Shown: positions 61,001-64,000 of the stretch, piece by piece
How positions within the stretch are numbered: the first letter of the stretch is position 1
Layout: every line of letters starts with the position of its first letter
Origin: Acanthaster planci
Lineage: Eukaryota
Assembly (NCBI RefSeq): GCF_001949145.1
Contig: NW_019091357.1
Span: 3,434,228-3,498,227, forward strand
Direction: 5' to 3'
DNA: 64,000 nucleotides
Notes under the pieces: generated by a model
Seen by the model: the letters and a program-made list of their open reading frames with translations, nothing else
The model's database searches: none
What the model was told of the DNA's origin: nothing
Program-made: the position numbers and the translations under genes

Positions 61001-64000
61001 GACAAAGTAAAAAACTACGAAGAACAGCCTCCCTTTTGCACAGGAGCCAGAACATTATTTTAAGTGGCTGAAGTCTAATACACTAATCGGTTCGAACAAT
61101 GGCCAGGCAACTTGCGGCGGCGATGAGGCTAGGGTCATATGGGGCCCATGATAGCAATTACCTGACTGCATAATAACCGCGCTCTCCCTGTTGAACTCCA
61201 CCGCTCTCAAGCCCGCTGCGCGATGGAAACACAACATTGGCCGAACATACATAATTGAGACCGGTTACATGTGTCATTTTGATAGGAAAACAACTTTTAC
61301 ATTGTTTTGGTTAACCAGCTCGGTTTTGTAAAGTGTCCACGTACGGTTTGCGCGTGAGGTGCACACACGGAGAGAAGGTTCAATGCACTTCGGAAAGTGC
61401 ATCTGCATAGAAAGGAGGTAGGGGCAGACGACGAAGCGATGTTGTACTTGACGCTGTGAGCGGGGTTTAGAACCCAGGGCGTGGACATCTCTTAAGTGTA
61501 AGGGTCGCTTATCGCAGATGTCCGCCGCTAAACGCAGAATAACTCAAACCATCTTAGTAATTACTGCGGAAATGGGCGCAGTATCTCCCCGGGTTGTAGC
61601 TCGAAGCGTGGGGGGCGGTTGTTTTTTTTTTTTTAATTCCCGGTTCCCGTCGGCCTATACCACGAGAGCTGCTGGAGAAATCTATCTATTTGGGGACTTT
61701 AAAGGTACAGTTCATCATTTGTCATTTGCCCACTATGTTTCTTTGAGGCAACAACATTACTCAATCTAAAGAACGGTGCCTGAGAAGAACATTATTCTAG
61801 TAATTCCAATTAGATGAAAGAGTGCTAAGTCATGTCTTGCCGTGCGCTTTCAGCGTCTGAGACACGTTCTCACTTTCAGTCGAATACAGCTACCTATACC
61901 TTCGTCGCTCAACGTTGGAAAGGAAGTTCAAGTGAAAACAAACATAATATGGCTTCAAATTCTCAGCTTAATTTGAGACGCGTGAGCCATCCGACATCGC
62001 ATGAAGGTCATTAGAAAACATCAGTATGTGTGCAGCTGCACACCGACTCACACGCACTGAACCACAGACATGCGCTGAACATGTTTGAGCTGGCTTGACG
62101 TCAGATACTTCTCAGATGACCCTTGCCTTTTTTGAAATACTGAATTTCTGATTCCGTCCAGCCAACGGAGCCTCTTGTCTGGCCGAGGTCCAGGTGGAAA
62201 CGGATGATAAGAAGTAGCTAGATCTATAGCGTCATGCTGTGATTCCTGGCCCGCCAACTGAGATCCGTCAAGTGCGGCTGCGATGTTGGTTTCCACTATG
62301 CCTTGCGCCATGGCATAGCGGTACCCACCACCAGCCATTAATGAATATTACGACCCACCATTCTAGTACATGTAGGCTGAAGAATGGTATTATTGTCATC
62401 TGGAACGCGATACAAGAAATTGTATACGTCCGTAGTTACTGCCAAATCTTTCTGCCGACAAATTTTTAGTTTACCCTTTGGATCACTAATAGGCCTTTGA
62501 AAATAACAATGGGGACTTTGCAATATAGATCAATGGTGGGAGGAAAGAAACATTATTTTGAGTATCCTAACAGCGCATGCCCAGGTTAAAGGTCATTCGG
62601 GAGTAGCCATACGCGCTCTCGAGGTCAGCCCTATCAGTGCGATGACTCGCAAGTGTGTTCTGTTCTCTGATGACCCTGCCTTTCTGAAATACCGACCTGG
62701 TTCATTGTCGAACATTCAGCCTAGTTTGGGTTAGTTGTTACATTTGGCACCCCGTTTCTTCGTCTGCCATTGGTAACTGCACAATCTGAAGGCAAGGCCG
62801 ATACTTTTATCCTTGTTTGTCTTTGGTTTTCGAAAACCAGACGATTGTCCATTAGACACAAAGACGACATTTCCCACTCGCTCATACGTACGTTCTTCCT
62901 TTCAAGAGTGACAAGAGAGAATACTGTGAAATCGAAAGTTTACAGTTTAAAATAGATAATAAAATTCGATAGAATAAAATTGATGATCCGAACCGTGAAC
63001 ATGTAACCAATAGTGACGAACAACCGACCGACAAAGAGAAACAAAGACTTTTAGAAATTGACCTAATAATATCGCGAGCACGGTAAACGACGTAGAACGT
63101 TTCGTTCAAAATTGTAGATGTTTTACGAGTGGCAGAGAAAATGTGATATTTCGACCTATGCTCTTGGAAAACGTATGAGGTGGCCATTGCATATGAACGA
63201 AAAGAGGTCCAATTATTAAACTGGTGCGACGAGTAAACTTTTGGAGTCAATATTCCTGGTGCCATTGCACTGGGCTGAACGTGCCTCATGGGTTCTCCGC
63301 GTGAACATTGACACACACGGCCAGCCCCACCCTGGTCCGATCGACCGCGGCGCGCGCCCCCTGAGGCACCGCAATTTTGTTGACTAAACAATAAAATATT
63401 CATTATGGCGGTCCAAAGAGCACGCCGATGACGACTCGTGTCTCGGGATGCCCCGGCCTGCCGTCGCTGGCGCGGCAGCGTAAGCGTGTGCGGGCCGGGT
63501 CCACGGGTCCGGTCGCTCGCGGGGACTGCTCTTGCGTCAGACGAGGGGCGACACTTCGCTCCATTACCGTAATTTGCCGTTGCGCTCCGCCGGCTTCAAT
63601 TCTCGGTCCTTCAACTTCATGCTGACCTCCAGAATGGTTTTAAGAACATTTCTCTTGGGCGGAACACCGAGGATGTTACCACGTTTCACAGGTGTAGGAG
63701 AAGTTTCCACAGATCCGAAAAAAACCCAGGAACTGGAATTCATCAAAACCAGAACTTGACAACATCTAGATACATGTTCTTAAGATCATACATATACCGA
63801 TCATGCCAAAGCGCCTATTATCTTTTTGAAGGCCACGCCCGCTTCACCAAGAATCTTCCAAGAGTAAGTCACTGTATCCTTTTTCGTTTCCCCATGATTT
63901 GTAGTAAACAAAGAACTCAATTTTGCGAATGCATGCTGTGTTCACTTATGGTCGATCAGACTGGCACATCACTGACCAAAGAATGGGGGGGGGGTTGATG

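Noticed and set aside
62882..63403. 173-aa minus-strand ORF
   Set aside because: No recognisable domain or supporting splice structure; likely chance.

Overview
Intron-rich animal genomic DNA, probably an invertebrate deuterostome (echinoderm-like repeat landscape; this is inference). Four genes were assembled by hand from splice sites and reading frames. (1) A 31-coding-exon, ~2,047-aa synaptonemal complex protein 2 (SYCP2, minus, 2829-24251). (2) An intronless Mos kinase (minus, 28691-29968). (3) An endosomal syntaxin-7/12-family Qa-SNARE (minus, 35149-48020) with two alternative 93-nt transmembrane last exons. (4) CFAP95/C9orf135 (plus, 50341-58059), head-to-head with the syntaxin. A possible first exon of a fifth gene lies at the left edge. 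Introns hold many MITEs/non-autonomous DNA transposons (several with target-site duplications), tRNA-derived SINEs and an L2 LINE tail. Most interesting signals: tandem CTCF-like D-x-S-V-Y-D-F motifs in SYCP2 (candidate direct axis-cohesin link); a Mos leader with an 82-aa in-frame extension overlapped by a 121-codon uORF that stops 4 nt before the Met-Pro start; a CPE-rich Mos 3' region containing a MITE hairpin; the syntaxin membrane-anchor switch; and minisatellites growing inside MITEs. No database searches were run; family calls rest on recalled motifs.
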